Positions 1-15,400 of a stretch of 64,000 bases of DNA are shown here, in pieces. The first letter of the stretch is position 1, and every line of letters begins with the position of its first letter. Made by a program: the position numbers and the translations under genes. The notes under the pieces were generated by a model. It searched no databases. It worked only from the letters and a program-made list of their open reading frames with translations, and was not told the origin of the DNA. The DNA is from Antedon mediterranea (lineage: Eukaryota; Animalia; Echinodermata). The DNA is taken from the NCBI RefSeq assembly GCF_964355755.1, contig NC_092676.1, forward strand, positions 15,394,871 through 15,458,870. The letters are read 5' to 3'.

Positions 1-488
1 ATGGTAATATTTCTTTAATTGATTAAAGCGAATTCTATGCATACACATTTTGATAAATGTATACATATTGAGTTGGGCCATATAGGTATTACATAATACA
101 CTACAGTTTTCTTTTTAAATGAATCCTAAATAAACATTCCATATGATTATGTAGAGATCTTTTTAATGCTTTTTCATAACTTACTTCAACCATTTGTTAT
201 TTAATTCAATAATATTTAATGCCATTATAGATTTTTATTCAGACACATAGAACGATGATATCATGTGTGTTATGACTTTATGAAATAGAAAGCGTGTCTT
301 TAATTAATTATAAATTTTATTTGTTTTTAAATGTTCATTTCCTGTGTTTACTATATTGTGTTGAATAATTGTAAAGCATTGATTGATTTATATTTATTTA
401 GGAATGTTATTGTGAAGTTTACAAAATAGTTTTAATAGTTGATAGAGGATTTTAATAGCTGATCGATGTATATATTTTATCATCTTAG

Positions 489-3400
489 GTTTTACAAGAT
501 ATTTGATTTCAGAGCAATGTGAATTGATGGACCAGCATCATAAGAGTGTATGCCAGGACATGACCCAACCAATGTCGCACTATTTCATCGCTGCTTCACA
601 TAACACGTACGTGTCATCTGAAAGGCAGGTAGTGGAAGATATCACGCTTCCCTCCCTCTCCTTGCTGCTAACCCCTCCTGCTAGTTTCTTGTTGCTTTTG
701 TACCATTCTATATAACAACTATTACTACAAATGTTCATTTTTATATTATTTTTTTCCCTTTATTGTTGTTTCTTAATGTTGCCACATCTCCTTCTTCTTT
801 TTATCAATGATGAGGTAGAGGGCAGAGCAGACCTGAATTTTCTGGTTCACCTCTGATCACTGAAATGAAAACTGTTATATCAACCTCTTAACATACACCT
901 TTATTCATAATACAATTGTTTTCTACTTTAATATCAGATGTGTCATGTGTTTAATTTTAATTTTTTTCATGCTTGATTTACTTTCTCGCATATATTATGT
1001 TAAACATATTTTCTTTTTAAACCATGGCAACCGGTTTTTATTATGATTACATTAATGTCTTCATCTTGTAATTTCATGTCTCATGCATGTACTGTTTCAC
1101 TAGATTCTGTTGAATTTTTGTAGATTAAAAGCAATTATATCCTGTATTGTAATAAATCATATTCATATTACTTTACCATTTGAAACTTAAATAATAATTT
1201 TCTTTGAAATGTTTAGTTACCTCACAGAAGACCAGTTAAAAGGCCCTTCCAGTATTGGTGCATATGTTAGAGTGTTAAGGAAAGGATGTAGATGGATTGA
1301 ATGTAAGTATACACAAATGTTGTCATGAAATCACACAGAAATCACAAACATTTCATAGTTTTTCATAGAATTTAATTAAAGAAAAAATAGTTTCTACATT
1401 TCCATTCCATTAAAATAGAAGACAAAAAAAATCAATTTGAGATGAAATAACATATGATAAAATCAATTCACTGTTTTGAATTTGAAACAGCAGAAAAAAA
1501 GAGAAGGATGAAAATATTTATGGTAGAACTGTGAATGATTACTTAATTTGATGTTTTTGTTTGGCTTTTTCTATTTTTAGTGGATTGTTGGGATGGGGCA
1601 AATGGAGAACCCATCATTTACCATGGACATACTCTAACATCTAAGATCTCGTTCAAGTCTGTCATAGAAACAATTAACCAGCACGCATTTGAAACTTCAG
1701 AGTAAGTCATATTTTAAAACTAATAATTACGCTTGTGGTGAATATATCAAGAGAACAAAAATTGTGCTGTACTTTTTAACATTGTTTTTCAGTACTAGCA
1801 AATATTATAACACCTAAATAGATTCCTGTCATTTGATTGGACAATTGTGAATCACATGATAAAAACGAGGTGCCCTGTCAATTGCTCCACAAAACAGGTT
1901 AAATGCCGATTTTTACTGGTTGAAGCCCGGGACAGCAAGAGCGTGGTGAATTACTATTTCTCCTTGAAATTATTTATACCATTCATTATTTGTATACTAT
2001 TTTCATTGTATCTTGTGCATTGTTTCATTTACACAAGTGCTAATGAACACATCTAAATCATTGCAGAAGTCTGTTTTTTTTCTCACATTTTTTATTTGGA
2101 AAAAAGTGCTATTACCAGTTCTATTAAATCTAACTTTTTTTAGATATCCCTTGTTGTTGTCAATTGAAAACCATTGCAGTGTTGAACAACAGAAAGTTAT
2201 GGTTCAACATATGAAGAATATTTTACAAGGTAAATAATTGCAGTAATAGTCCATAAATATATTATTATTACCAAATAAGCTTGCTTTTTCAATTGGCTTT
2301 TAATAATTATATAATTCAAAGTAATGTTATGTTTGGCTGTTTAATCTATTACAAATGATCTTTGATGTGGTCAATGAATTTTTGTATAGATTTGTCGAAT
2401 TTTACAATTACAGAATTCATTCAGTCGTCTTCAGTATATGTTGAGACTAGATGAACATTCAAATTTAAATAGGCCTAATAATTAGAATGTAATTTCACAG
2501 ATAGGCCTAATAATTAATGTTGTTCGATTTGTATAGTGCTTTTATACAATCAAAAAATTGTCCCAAATTAGAATGTAATTTCACAGACAGTAACGGTAAG
2601 CGGAAAACGAAAATATCAGACAGGAGGTATCTACTCAGGGCAGATTGTATGTGGGACAAGCTACAAAGTTTCCGCTTACCGTTACTGCTGGTAAATTTAC
2701 CTTAATAGTTGAGAGGTTTTTGAAATACACACAAAACTTGTTTATGTTGTGTCTTTTATTTTCTGCATATTTTGTTTCGTCACAAAGACAGCAGGCAATG
2801 AACTCTTTATTAAAAGAAAACATTAAAAAAATGCCCTGAGAGTGAGTAAAGCTTATAAGTATTGTACACACTACTAATAACCGATTCCCACGTAAATCAT
2901 ACAAAAGGTATTACAAATACAAACATATTTAAATCTTTCTGTGTAAATGTAGCACAGCAGAATATATGCTTATGCGCATATCTTGCACTGATGAAGGGCT
3001 AGTGTTGCCCAAAAGCTCTGCTAACTTTTCTGGCTGTTTTACTTTATTGTTTTGATTATAGCTTTTAGCTTTTTTTTGTATCTCCATTGAGATCCAGCCA
3101 CTGATACCCACAGCATTGTCATTTTATATCTTTATATATTTTTACATACCGATTTCATTGTGACAAACTAACTTATTAAAGCATTGTAACTCGGATAAAT
3201 AAATCGTTTTACATTGTGTAATGTTTGTGTGTGAATCGGGTGTTCGGCATGTTAGATGGTTCAAGGATTTCTTATTTATTAACACTGATCATCTTTTTTT
3301 CAGATAAATTGTATACAAAAACTGCAGATGAAGATTCATTGTATTTGATGTCACCTGAACAACTCAAGGGCAAAATAATAATCAAGGTAATTTAATCAAC

Positions 3401-6400
3401 TACATCATGATTGTGAATTAACAAAATTGACAATCAATGACTTTACGTTTTATAGCATCACTTTCTACCTTGTCATATTTTGATCAATATTATGTAGATT
3501 TTTAGATTACCAATGCATCAATATGTCATTTTGTTCTTTTGTTTTAAAAGGTTTTAATGTATTACCTTTACCAATATTAGTATTGTATCGATCTGATATT
3601 ATTGATAGCTAGTTGCATAATCCTATAAAAATATGCTTTTATAACACGCTAAATTATATCCTTGCCATTTAATTGGTTGATTTTTGGTCATTTTGTTTCA
3701 TTTTAGTCAGTGGTTCCATTGAATGGCCTCTGTAAAAATAGTTCATTGTTCATTGCATACTTCAATTTTGTTAACCATAACCCATTGACTACTTTTTTTA
3801 ATGATTAATTCATAATTTGATTTGAATGACTTTTTCAAGGGTAAGAAAGTAAGCCCAACAGGAACGCAAGATGAAGGGGAAGTTACTGATGAAGACGAGG
3901 GTGCTGACAGTGGAAGGAAGCATATAAAAAAGGTCAGTACTTTATTTACTGAAAGTTCATACTTTTTAAACATTCATATTAACTTTACAACTTGACAACA
4001 TTGTGTAAGATAAGATAAGATAAATTTATTGAACAAACGCTTTTGTATCAGCGGCACATCTTGTTCATTTACAAGGCAATGTAAAAACAAAAAGAAAAGT
4101 ATCAAAAATCTTACAACTTGCTGTCATATCCATAAACAATCATTATTACGAAAATTTCACTCACTCACTCTCTCCCCCACTCATTCTGGTGTCTTCCAAC
4201 AGATGCATGCATGTCATCCAGAGCTTCTTATTTTCTTGGTTACTTTGCAGGTTTCACACCTGCAAAGCTACTCGAAAAAGTTTCACCTTGATATTCTTTC
4301 CCAGGTTTGATTTCCAGTTGTTACCAAGTTTGTTATTCTTTCCCTGCTAGTGTTTTTAAAAACCCCTTTGAATTTCATTACACTATTTTTTATCTTATGA
4401 GAACAGGTAATTATAACGCTAAGCACTTGGTCGTCTACTTCTTACAAATTCTCATTCTTGGTTTTAATCTTCATCTCATGTGGCAGGTTGTTTGACATGA
4501 ACTGAGTTTTCTTAGCAAACTACAGCATTCTCAACCATTTCCAGTAATTCTTGTGCTTTTGTGGCTTGAGTATCAGTCGCAAAGTCGGTTATTATTATTG
4601 AACCAATTCTCCTACCACACCTGGGCTTTATCAAGTAATTTAGTAAGATTATATATAAAATGTAATGTCTCCAAATTGTCAACAGAATTTGATGATACTG
4701 TTAGCTGGCATTAACAGCCTTCAATACTGCGCTATAGTTATAATTGTATTCAGTGATGATCTTTCAGAAATGTTAAAAGGTAAAAGTATAATTATAATTC
4801 AGAATGTTGCTTTCCATTTTAGTTAAAATTAATGAGTTTCTTTTAGAAAGTAGCAGACATAATATGGCGTTTCTTTTTGCAACAGACTTTTGTATTATAT
4901 TAGTTTATGTGAATCAATTTGAGTTGTAAATTTGCTGAAAAGCCATTACTAATGAGGACATTGAAGTAACAATGTTTGTATTTCAGGATAATCAATAACA
5001 CTTAGTTCAGCCTGCCTGCTGGCAATCCATCATTTATTTATGTCATCAAGTTTCCTTCTATGGACATTTCATAACCTTTAACCTTAGAAATTATTGTGAA
5101 TACAAAAAAAAACACCTGGAGAACTTGAAATTAATGAGTTTTGTGTTATGTGTCAGTAACTTTTAAGCATATACTTGTCCGTTAAAATACAACAATAATT
5201 CAATATATATTCCTTTACTTTTACCATTTTAATGGTTTGTGCAAATGTACAGCCATAATATAAAAATTATTATAAATCATATTTTATAATCAAAAAATCA
5301 AACATTATTGATAACCTTTTAAAATCTTAACTTTAATTGGCTAATTATTGGATAATTCTTCTCACAAACTTGACCATGATTTACATTGTCAGATTGCTTA
5401 GATAATGTTCACATTTTAGTAAATTGATGGAGAATCCATCATTTTAAAACCAGGGCATAAATAATTGAATAATGAAGTGCTGAATTTAATTTCTTGTAAT
5501 TTTCTCCCCTGGATTCCAGATTTAAATATTATAAACCATACAATATACAAAATACACAAACAAAATACACAAACATGATTTAGAGGAAAATCTGTTGTAT
5601 ATAATAAGTAAGGGAGATTGATTGAAATAACATAGGACAACTACATTTTTCTATTCTCACTGAATACTGTAATTTTTGTAACATTTTAAAATGTATATTT
5701 TAATTAGGATGGACATAAGAAACAATTGCTTATTAAAGAGTTATCAGATTTAGTTTGTTTATGCAAATCTGTTCGATTTCAAGACTTTCAAGAATCACTA
5801 AAGAACCGTAAGTCATTAATTGTAATATCTCATTTTATTTTTGTTGTTAATATTTGATATTCAAAGTGTTTCTATATCAGTATTCCATTAAAGCTTGGTT
5901 CCCACTAGAACGTAACGTAAGGACGTAAACGCAACGCAAACGTTTTAACCAATGACAAGCACAGTTATAGACAATTAGCAATCACAAGCGAATAAGCCAT
6001 CGCTTGTCATTGGTCAATTCACTTGCGTTGCGTTACGTCCTTGCGTTGCGTCGCTAGTGGGAACCACGCTTAACTGAATGCGATGTTATAATAGCGTACT
6101 TGATACTTCTATCACTGGAAACCATAGTAATGAGCCTGTTACTTTTTTCCACAAAAGGGGAAAAACCATAGTTCGAAGTCTATTTACCATCACTTTCACT
6201 GCTGATTTCTAGTTTGAAATGAGCAATTCAGTGAGAATGGTGGTTTGTTTGGACCCTTGACATCCCATCCCCCTGAATCCAGGCTTGAAAGTTATTAAAA
6301 TAACAAATCTTATCTTGATGATATATTTATTTTTTTTGGCAGAGAAGTACTATGAAATATGTTCATTGACAGAAGGTGTAGCAGGAAAATTTGCTAACAT

Positions 6401-9400
6401 GTGCGCAGAGGATTTTGTAAATCACAATAAACGTTTTTTGACTCGTATCTATCCAAATGCACATCGTATAGATTCAAGTAACTTCAATCCACAGGATATG
6501 TGGAACTGTGGCTGTCAAGTCGGTAAGTAAACTCTAAACATTTGTGTGAGAAAGCTTGTTCCATCAAGTATGTGTCTAAAGAACGTTCACTGCCTCATAT
6601 TGGATGTCATACTATTAGTCTAGTGAGCATGTCTTGTGTAAATAGATGGTGGTGGACGTACACAGAATGTGCACAACAAACACTATCTTCAAGATGGATA
6701 CACTATAAAGGCCCATTTACACTAGGACGATAACTATCGACGATAAAAAGATAAATATGCATTTTTCATACCTAAAACAAAAGAATTTAAAAAAGTTTTC
6801 TTCCTAAAACTATAGGATTATCATTTATGCTGCTTTTGATGAAAATAATATTTCAACACGTCCAATCAAATAACGTCATAATTAGTAAGAGCAGTAATAT
6901 CGTGACAATACAACAATTTTATTGTTTTTATTGATCATGACATCATTTGATTGGATTTTTGAAAATATTATTTTATCAAATACAACATAAACTATTATCC
7001 TGTAGTTCTAGAACGAAAACTGTTGTAATTTCTTTTGTTTTATGCAAGAAAAATGTATGTTTCTATTGTCGTCAATCGTTATTGCCCTAGTGTAAATGGG
7101 CCTTAAGTCTGATTTTAAGTTTAAATAGGGGTGTGGGCGGCAAGGGGAAGCAGCCTTTACCTAATGACCTATATTTTGCTGCTGACTATGTTTTGTGTTA
7201 TGTAAGTCACTCATTTGATGAGGATCACACACTTAGTAAATGTTTGACATGTCATCATGTATACATCAATCAAGATTGTAATTACTATTATCATCAACAT
7301 CTTTATGTTACTATTGTATAATAAAATCATTCCCTTCATTGAAATATTGTTGCTCAAAAGCATTAGACTAGAGTTATTTGCCTTTTTATATAATGATTTT
7401 AGTTTGTTTTCATGGAAAAATTTAAATATCAGATGGGATGAAAAATTAGCAAAAAATTGCCTGAAAATATAACTGCATCTTTAAATTTCCTACATTGTAT
7501 TTTTCCACTTTAAATGTACAAATTCAATCTCAAAATGAAATAACCCTCTGTAAAGAGAGAAATTCTTTTCATGTTAATATCTTTAATAATTTGTCTTGTC
7601 GTTTTAAAAGTGCTCTTAATTATAACTACAGTACTTTTTGATTTTGTTTAACTTCTGTTCCATCTATTTTATGTAACTGAAAACAGTACACTATTCATGT
7701 TTGTTTTTCTAGTGGCAATGAATTATCAAACGCCTGGTCTTATGATGGACCTCTATGAGGGAAAGTTCAGACAGAATGGACAATGTGGCTATGTTCTTAA
7801 GCCTTCCATTATGCGAGATGGTAAGTGATACTAAAAATTAATCAGGCTTACTACAAAAATGTGGATAATTATGCTTTTTAAAGATCTTGCACCTACCTTA
7901 ATTTTCACCTACCAAGAATCGAACTTTAACCTAAGTTTGAGTTTTTTATTGACCCAAGCACAATGAGTTAACTCCCACAACCAAATATATATATATGATT
8001 GTACTATATTTAGATTTACAATTTTAGGCCAAAAATAATAGAATAGATCTGATCTTATAGAAAATATACTGTATTGTTTTACTTCTTATCTATTTATCCA
8101 TCATGGCCCATCATGTCTGGAGCAGGTTGAATGCTGAACTTAATACAAAGAGCATCTTCACAGGCACTACCTGAGGCTTACATCAAACAAACGGCTACTT
8201 CAGAGCTTAGTTGTGATGCTTCTGAACGTTTTTAACAGTTACTCAAACAACCTTCTTACCATGCTGGTATTCACAATTATTTATTTTTGTTTACAGAAAT
8301 TTCATACTTTTGTGCAAATTCAAGAGATATAATTCCAGGTGTATCGCCCCAGATATTGCATATTAAGTTGATAAGTGGACGACAGTTTCCGAAACCTAAG
8401 AAAGCAACATCTAAGGGTGATGTAAGTTGACCTTTATTGAATTAATGTTACCTTTATTTTGTTATTAACATTTTTCTCCTCCATTTTAAATCCTTAAAAT
8501 ATTTATATATATATATATTTATGAGGGGACCTACATATTTTAAATTATTTCAAAATGATATTGTTCTCTTAAATTTTACCAGAAACAAAACTTGGTAAAT
8601 TCTTATTACAATACTGTATTGTAAAGGCCAATTTGCACAGACAAGCGTAAAGTAAAAAAAAGTATAGTTCTGCTGTAAATCTGTATCCATCCTGAGTGGA
8701 AACCGCCTGAGTGGAAACCGCCTGAGTGGAAACCGCCTGTGTGGAAACCGCCTGTGTAAATAATCATAAGGAAAACATAGATTGTATATTTCTATTACCG
8801 TTACCGCCCATGTGTGTAAATTGGTCTTATAACATGGTTGTTGCATGTACCGTACTGACGCGGATATAAGCCCATACTCGGGTATAAGCCCACCCCCGAC
8901 TTTTGACTAATTTTCATGAAAAATGAGGCACTCGGGTATAAGCCCACCCATTAATTCGAAGATCTACAGTGTGTGTCGTAATACATATTTTTGTATTTGG
9001 CGACGTCACACACCGAATACACCTACCTTTGATCATAACCAAGCTAGGCTAATATACGCTAGGCCATATGAGGCCTAGCGGTCCTGTTTTGTTTACACTC
9101 CATCGCGGTCGAAGATCGCTTCACACACGACGCTACATACAAGTCGCCAAAACGGAAAACCACTATTTGGTATCGGCTGCCATAAACAAGCTTATTAAAT
9201 TTCTTTGGTACATTTCTATTTAACGAACATTGTATACTTGCTTTTCTGCTTGATAAATTCTTGTTCAATTGATGTTTAAAATAAGATATTCTACGATAAA
9301 TTACACGAACTAGGCCTAGGCTATAAGCTTAATTTTCCGACACTCTACACCTCGTGTATTTAGAGGCAAAGTCGTACACGTGAGGGCGCTCGCTCGCATG

Positions 9401-12400
9401 GTGGAAATACACAGTGTACATGTGCTGTTTTTGACGATCTGCATTTTTGGATCCTCGGGTATAAGCCCACCCCCCAAACTTGACGTGATTTCATGTTCGA
9501 GGGGGGTGGGCTTATACCCGCGTCAGTACGGTAGTTTCAAAGGAATGGAAATTAGGCTAAGTGTAATGATGTACATATGCCCATACAAACAACAGCATAT
9601 AGCTATACTACCCTGCCAAGACATACAAGAGACAGATGCATTGACCTAGTATGGCAGATAAGTTTAACTGGCAGAAGACAGTCCAGTCATGAAACAGCTT
9701 CTAATTGAAATAGTAAAAAAAATAATTAGTAAATTAGTTTTTATATTAATACAGCATATGCTTTCTACTAAAATAAATAGGTAACTTTTATATCTTGATG
9801 TCTTGTGTGTTATAATACAACAGTGTTTAGGAGTAAATAATAAACTTACTATTACACGAACCTGTCGTATCCAATCGGCCAGAAGCAGAGATGCATGTTA
9901 TTGTAATGTAATTTTGCTCTGTTGAATGACGATGACATTTGTAAATGCTGATACACACTCATCAAACATTATAAGACAAAGATGCGGTCTGTAGGCTATA
10001 GGCCGCCTTTGCAAAAGCTTTTGGTACAACTTTAGCCGACATAGATAACCTAAATACGACAGAACTTTTTATCCAATTCTATGGAGATTTGTAGATAGAA
10101 AAAAGGAAATTTACTCAAGCAAATATGCAATCCACAGGCTAGAAGCATTTATATTATACAAAAGCTTCAGGTACAACAACATTTTACATTTCTATTACAT
10201 TTATTAATATACTGACTGTACTAAAACAAACTGTTTCAATAAATGATGGTAAATGTTATAAAAATTATTCTTTTAATCTGAATCAAATGCTAACTTTCAT
10301 TAAATCTTAATCAAAAGACAAGAAACCTTTTGTTATATAAAACGAATAATGTTTTTTATTCATGTGATGGTACATATTTTATTCAGTTAAATATGAAATA
10401 CAACTTTATCTTTCACCTCATGAAATTATTTGTACCATCACACTCATAAACATTCATTATTAGTATACTATTACACATTTTGTTTTGTTTCATGTATTGT
10501 ATATGATATCCATAAACATTAAAACATTTTAAGGCTATATTGGAATTTTATTTCAAGATAACAGTAAAGTATATACAGTTTTTATTGTATCTAATTTTGT
10601 ATTTCCCAGTGTTCTAAATCTAAAGGATAGAGAATGACACATACCATTTACATTAAAAGCACTCATTTATTCTGACTTGGATTTTTTAGCCAATCATGTG
10701 TTTTCAAGATTGATGTATCTTTACTCGCATAATGAACATTCTTTCACCTCATGATTAACTTTGAATGGAAAGACTTTTTTAGCATAAACAGAATTCAAAA
10801 CGAATGAATCAAATGAGACATGTGAAGCCAATATGTGTAATGAATCGATAGAGGGTTTTAGCTACAATGCATATATTGGCAGGCTTTTGACATTAAATAT
10901 GTAAACGTACAGCACATCCATCTTTATTTGCAATAACATGAGTCAGTTTGTCGCTAAAATTCCATCTCATTGATAAAATACTGTATGTATGTGGCATTTT
11001 CATTATTGCTTAGAGCATTTTGTAATACAGAAAGTAAGAAAAGGGGAAAATTAGACAATTATAACATGATTAAATGAGTGTCTTCAACCTTCATTCTAGA
11101 CCAGAGGGAACAGATTTATTATTTTGTCTCATTGCTCGGCTTCTCAAGTTTTCTGGAAAAAAAGTAAAAGGTTATAGACACATTTTAATTAATCAATTTT
11201 TTTAATAGAAAAAAAAAGTTTAATAAATTAGAAATGTTGGAAATAAAAAAGAATCATAATTTAGTTTTTCAAACTCATAATGCATTTATTGTTTTTAATG
11301 AGAGTACATAGTTAAAGAATGCTCTTTTTAGTGTATTTTTAATGAAAAGCATTTTTGAGTAATATTTTGCAGGAGTTGATTGTTTTTGGTTTGTTTTTAA
11401 GTGTAAATCCCTTTTTTTTACTGTACATTAGTACATTGGAAATCAAAAATCATGTACAAGGTATAGGTATCATGAATATGTGAAGGACTAAGAATAGATT
11501 ATTCAAATATCCTTTATTCTGTTTCTGTATGTTCAAATAAAAAATAAATTATTTGTAGACATATTGTCAAGCATGACTATTAGTGTAGACATTTGTCTTG
11601 TTTAATGGTTTGTAAAGGCACCTGATTGTACTTGATTAAACCACAGCAAAATGCATACATGGTGAACTTGAAATCAAAATATTTCTAGAAATTGGCTATT
11701 TCAGATTCAGAAATAGCCAGCCAGATTCAGATAACCTAGTCTGCCCTCTAGCCTTTGGCTATGTTATTAATGAATTGAAAATAGCATTTACTATTTTCTT
11801 TCTCTTCATGTTCAGTAAATTGATGTCTAGGTGGTTTTTTTATGCAATCTGATTATGGTATGTGTATTAAATGTATTATATATATATTTTGTAGGCAATA
11901 GACCCATATGTGTTTATGGAAATCTTTGGAATACCATCAGATTGTGCAGAAGATCGTACCAAGACAGTTCCTCATAATGGTATGAGACTAAAACTAGTTT
12001 GCATCTATCACATGAATTATTGATGAATTAAATTCCTGCAGAATTTTAATGATCAATCAACGTTTAATTGTGTATGCATACTCTGTAATGGGTTTTTTTC
12101 CCTTTGCCTTTAGGCTATAATCCTATATTTGATGAAAGTTTTGAGTTTACAGTAAACCTTCCCGAGATGGCATTAGTACGATTTGTGGTCCTTGATGACG
12201 ATTATATAGGTGATGAGTTCATAGGTCAATATACCATTCCATTTGAATGTCTTCAACCAGGTAGGTTCTGGTGTAAAAACTTGCTCACTTAAATGCCTCA
12301 TTTCAAAAAATATACAGAGTGAATACAGTATTGTGTCAATGTATAGGCCAAAAAGTAGTGGAGTTGTAGCTAGTTTGTTAACATGGTTGCCTTCCAATCA

Positions 12401-15400
12401 AGACCTGCTTCTACTCCATTCCCTAAGCCTCAAATGATGACTTTTGTAATTGTAATTTCTTGCAATTGGTGAGTGAACTTGCTGTTGGATTGAATGCAAA
12501 TGATCATTTTCAATAATAATTCAATGAAATTACAATAAATAATATTAACATATTGTTTATTCTGGTAGGTTACAGACATTTAACATTGTATTCAAATACT
12601 GGTGAAAGCTTAGCACCAGCGTCATTGTTTGTACATATTGCAGTCACAAATAAGCGAGGTGGTGGGGTAAGTAGGTGGAGTAATTTATTAAGTATTGAAT
12701 AAAACGTCTAATTTTATAAAACAATTGACATATTGTGTGTTTTAGTTATACAGTGATGATTTTTTAAAATAATATAAATCTTTTATTTAATTTTACCTTG
12801 CCAAATATCTGTGGCATCTTTAATTACATTTTACAAGGACATTATTGTATAAGAATTTCTAATTGTAATTATTATACATTTTTCACAGTTTTCCAATATT
12901 GTTTCAAAATATATTAACATAATTCTATGTGTTCATTTTTAGAAAGCTCATAAGCGAGGGTTATCTGTTAAAAAATCCAAAAGAAATAGTCATATCGCAA
13001 GAATCAGATCTGTAGGAGTTAAGAATGTTGATGAACATTTTAAGGTTAGTTAAATATTTTGTTCACACTTTGGAAAGAAGTTAGCCAACTGCAAGAAAGC
13101 ATTGCTCTAATACTTTTTTTATTGGATTTGTGTGTCCACATTTGGGAAGATGTCCATAAGCTTCTAGATTCTTTCATTGGATTGCAGACCTCAGTAATTA
13201 AGCTACAAAACTCCAATCTATATAAAAAATCCTCTAAAATCTTAGCTTCGTTCTCAAAATTTCTTGAAAACAAAGATCCTCTGGTTCTCTGGTTTTCGAG
13301 TTCTCTGTTTTGAAACACCTGAGGAAATAATGATTTATTAAGGATGTGGGTTATAGGAAAACGCATAAAGAGTAGCTAGAGACAAGAAGAAACCACTAGA
13401 AATGTTAATAGCTGGAGTAAGGAGAGATAGTGAGAAAAGGTTGACCTGATGGTCAGAGTGTTACACTAATGTTTCTCAAAACATGTTGAATCTCCCAAGT
13501 TAGCTTGCAATAACCAAATAATAATAATAATAATAATTGTTTCATTTTTTATAACCATTGAATTAAGTAACTATTTAAAATTGAATGAAATGAGTCAAGT
13601 TTTATTTCTCTTTTAGGTACAATATTTTTGTAGTTTTTTTTTCTTGATATTTTTATGAACAGTTATTTCTAACTTATTTTATAACATATTTTTTGATAGA
13701 GTGCCGTCCCAATTCTAGAAGATGCTAATAATCTACGTGAAAATGTTCAAAATGCAATGATCAAGTTTAAGGAAGCATGTGGTTTGGCATCAATTGCAAA
13801 CCTGAAGCAATGTATACGATTGATTGGTCAACAACAAGACACTACGTCTGATTCTGTCTCATTACAGTTAGTTGTTAGGGATGAACTGCCATATTTTGAG
13901 CTGGAAGGAAACTGTTCTGAAATGCTCAAAAAAAGATTAAGTGCATTTGAAGTTGTAAGTAGAAAAGCCCATTTAATAGGGCGCTTTTTACTTGATACTT
14001 TTGATATTGATTTATTTTATGATAGATTAAATGTAAGGGTAAAATTGTTAATTTGTAATTATCTAACTGTTGGATCTTGGTTTATGTCTTTGTTTTTAAA
14101 GTGAATATATAATAGTTTTTTAAGTTCAGCCTCTTAGTGGCGGTTTTCATCGCTATTGATTGTAAAAGATAATATCAGATAATCTTTTGTATTCTTTTCA
14201 AAAATATTTCTTCAATAAACAAGATTGTCTATTTTTCCTTCTAGATGGTATTTGAGTGCAAAATCTTGATGGATAAAGCTGATGATCTTGTAGCCAAATT
14301 GGATAATCTTCAGCAGACCGGACTGGATTTCCATGTAAGAATGTTGACACGTTTTTATACCTTAATTCTCATCTAATCTTGTCGCTAAATCCATTAAACA
14401 TCCATCATCATTTTCAGTTTGTTGAATAATATATTTTTGTTATTTGCTGTTTGATTGATAACCATGATTACCAAATGCAGGACACTGTATTATAGGCCGA
14501 GTCAAGTCTAGTATTTTTTTTGTTACTACTTAAGGTTGTGTGTTGGAAACTCAGTATATTCTCAACATATACCTTTAGTATAAAAGTACTGTATATAATT
14601 GTATACACTGCACACAAACATGAATACATTATCGAAAATCATAGTAAAATAGCCGGTGAATCATGATGTCACTAAAAATTGTAGAATTGATTTTAGATTG
14701 TAAACAAAGTGGGCCGGCCTCCCTATTATTTTGTGTGAGGTAGAGTTGATGAAGCATGTACAAAATATTTCAAAGAAAATATAATAATATATAATATAAC
14801 AGCATAGTGAGCCAAAAGCAAATATCTTGTACGCACACATTAGGCCTAATGCTCTACATCAATTGTTCATTTTTTACACATTTTATCAAAAATTCATCCA
14901 AATTTGAATTTGGTTTTTCAGTTAAATAATATTTGTAATTGAAATTGTCCATACAGCTTCTCTTTTTGAATTCTATGATGTTTTGTTTTTCTCTTCAGGA
15001 TAAAATGAATGATCTGTTAACCAAAGAAGGGACCAAAGGCAAAAAATTAAGTAAAGTGAGTAAAGATTTTTTTAAAATACAGATAAAAGTTAATCACTTT
15101 TATAAATATCTAAGTAATCTTATTATTATATTTTTTGGATAATTTTAATTCGGTGAACTCTTCATTAAAAATCTCCCAACTTGTAATTAAAAACCTCTAA
15201 TACTATCTGAATTCAGGCTTACAGAACATTTGATCTAGTTTTATCTACTTCCACAATAATGTATCTTCAGATGTGGCTGTAATAAAATAATAGCTAAACT
15301 TTTTGATATATTTTTAAAAACATTAGTAATAACAAATTGATTTCTTTTTAATTTTGTACAGTCAATGGAAAATTTTGCATGGAATATTCGCATTCTAAAA

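Noticed and set aside
9845-10470. Dispersed repeat sharing a GAAATTATTT.TACCAT..ATTCATTATT.GTATA end with about 1800-1997
   Set aside because: Probably a non-autonomous element, but boundaries, TIRs and TSD could not be defined.
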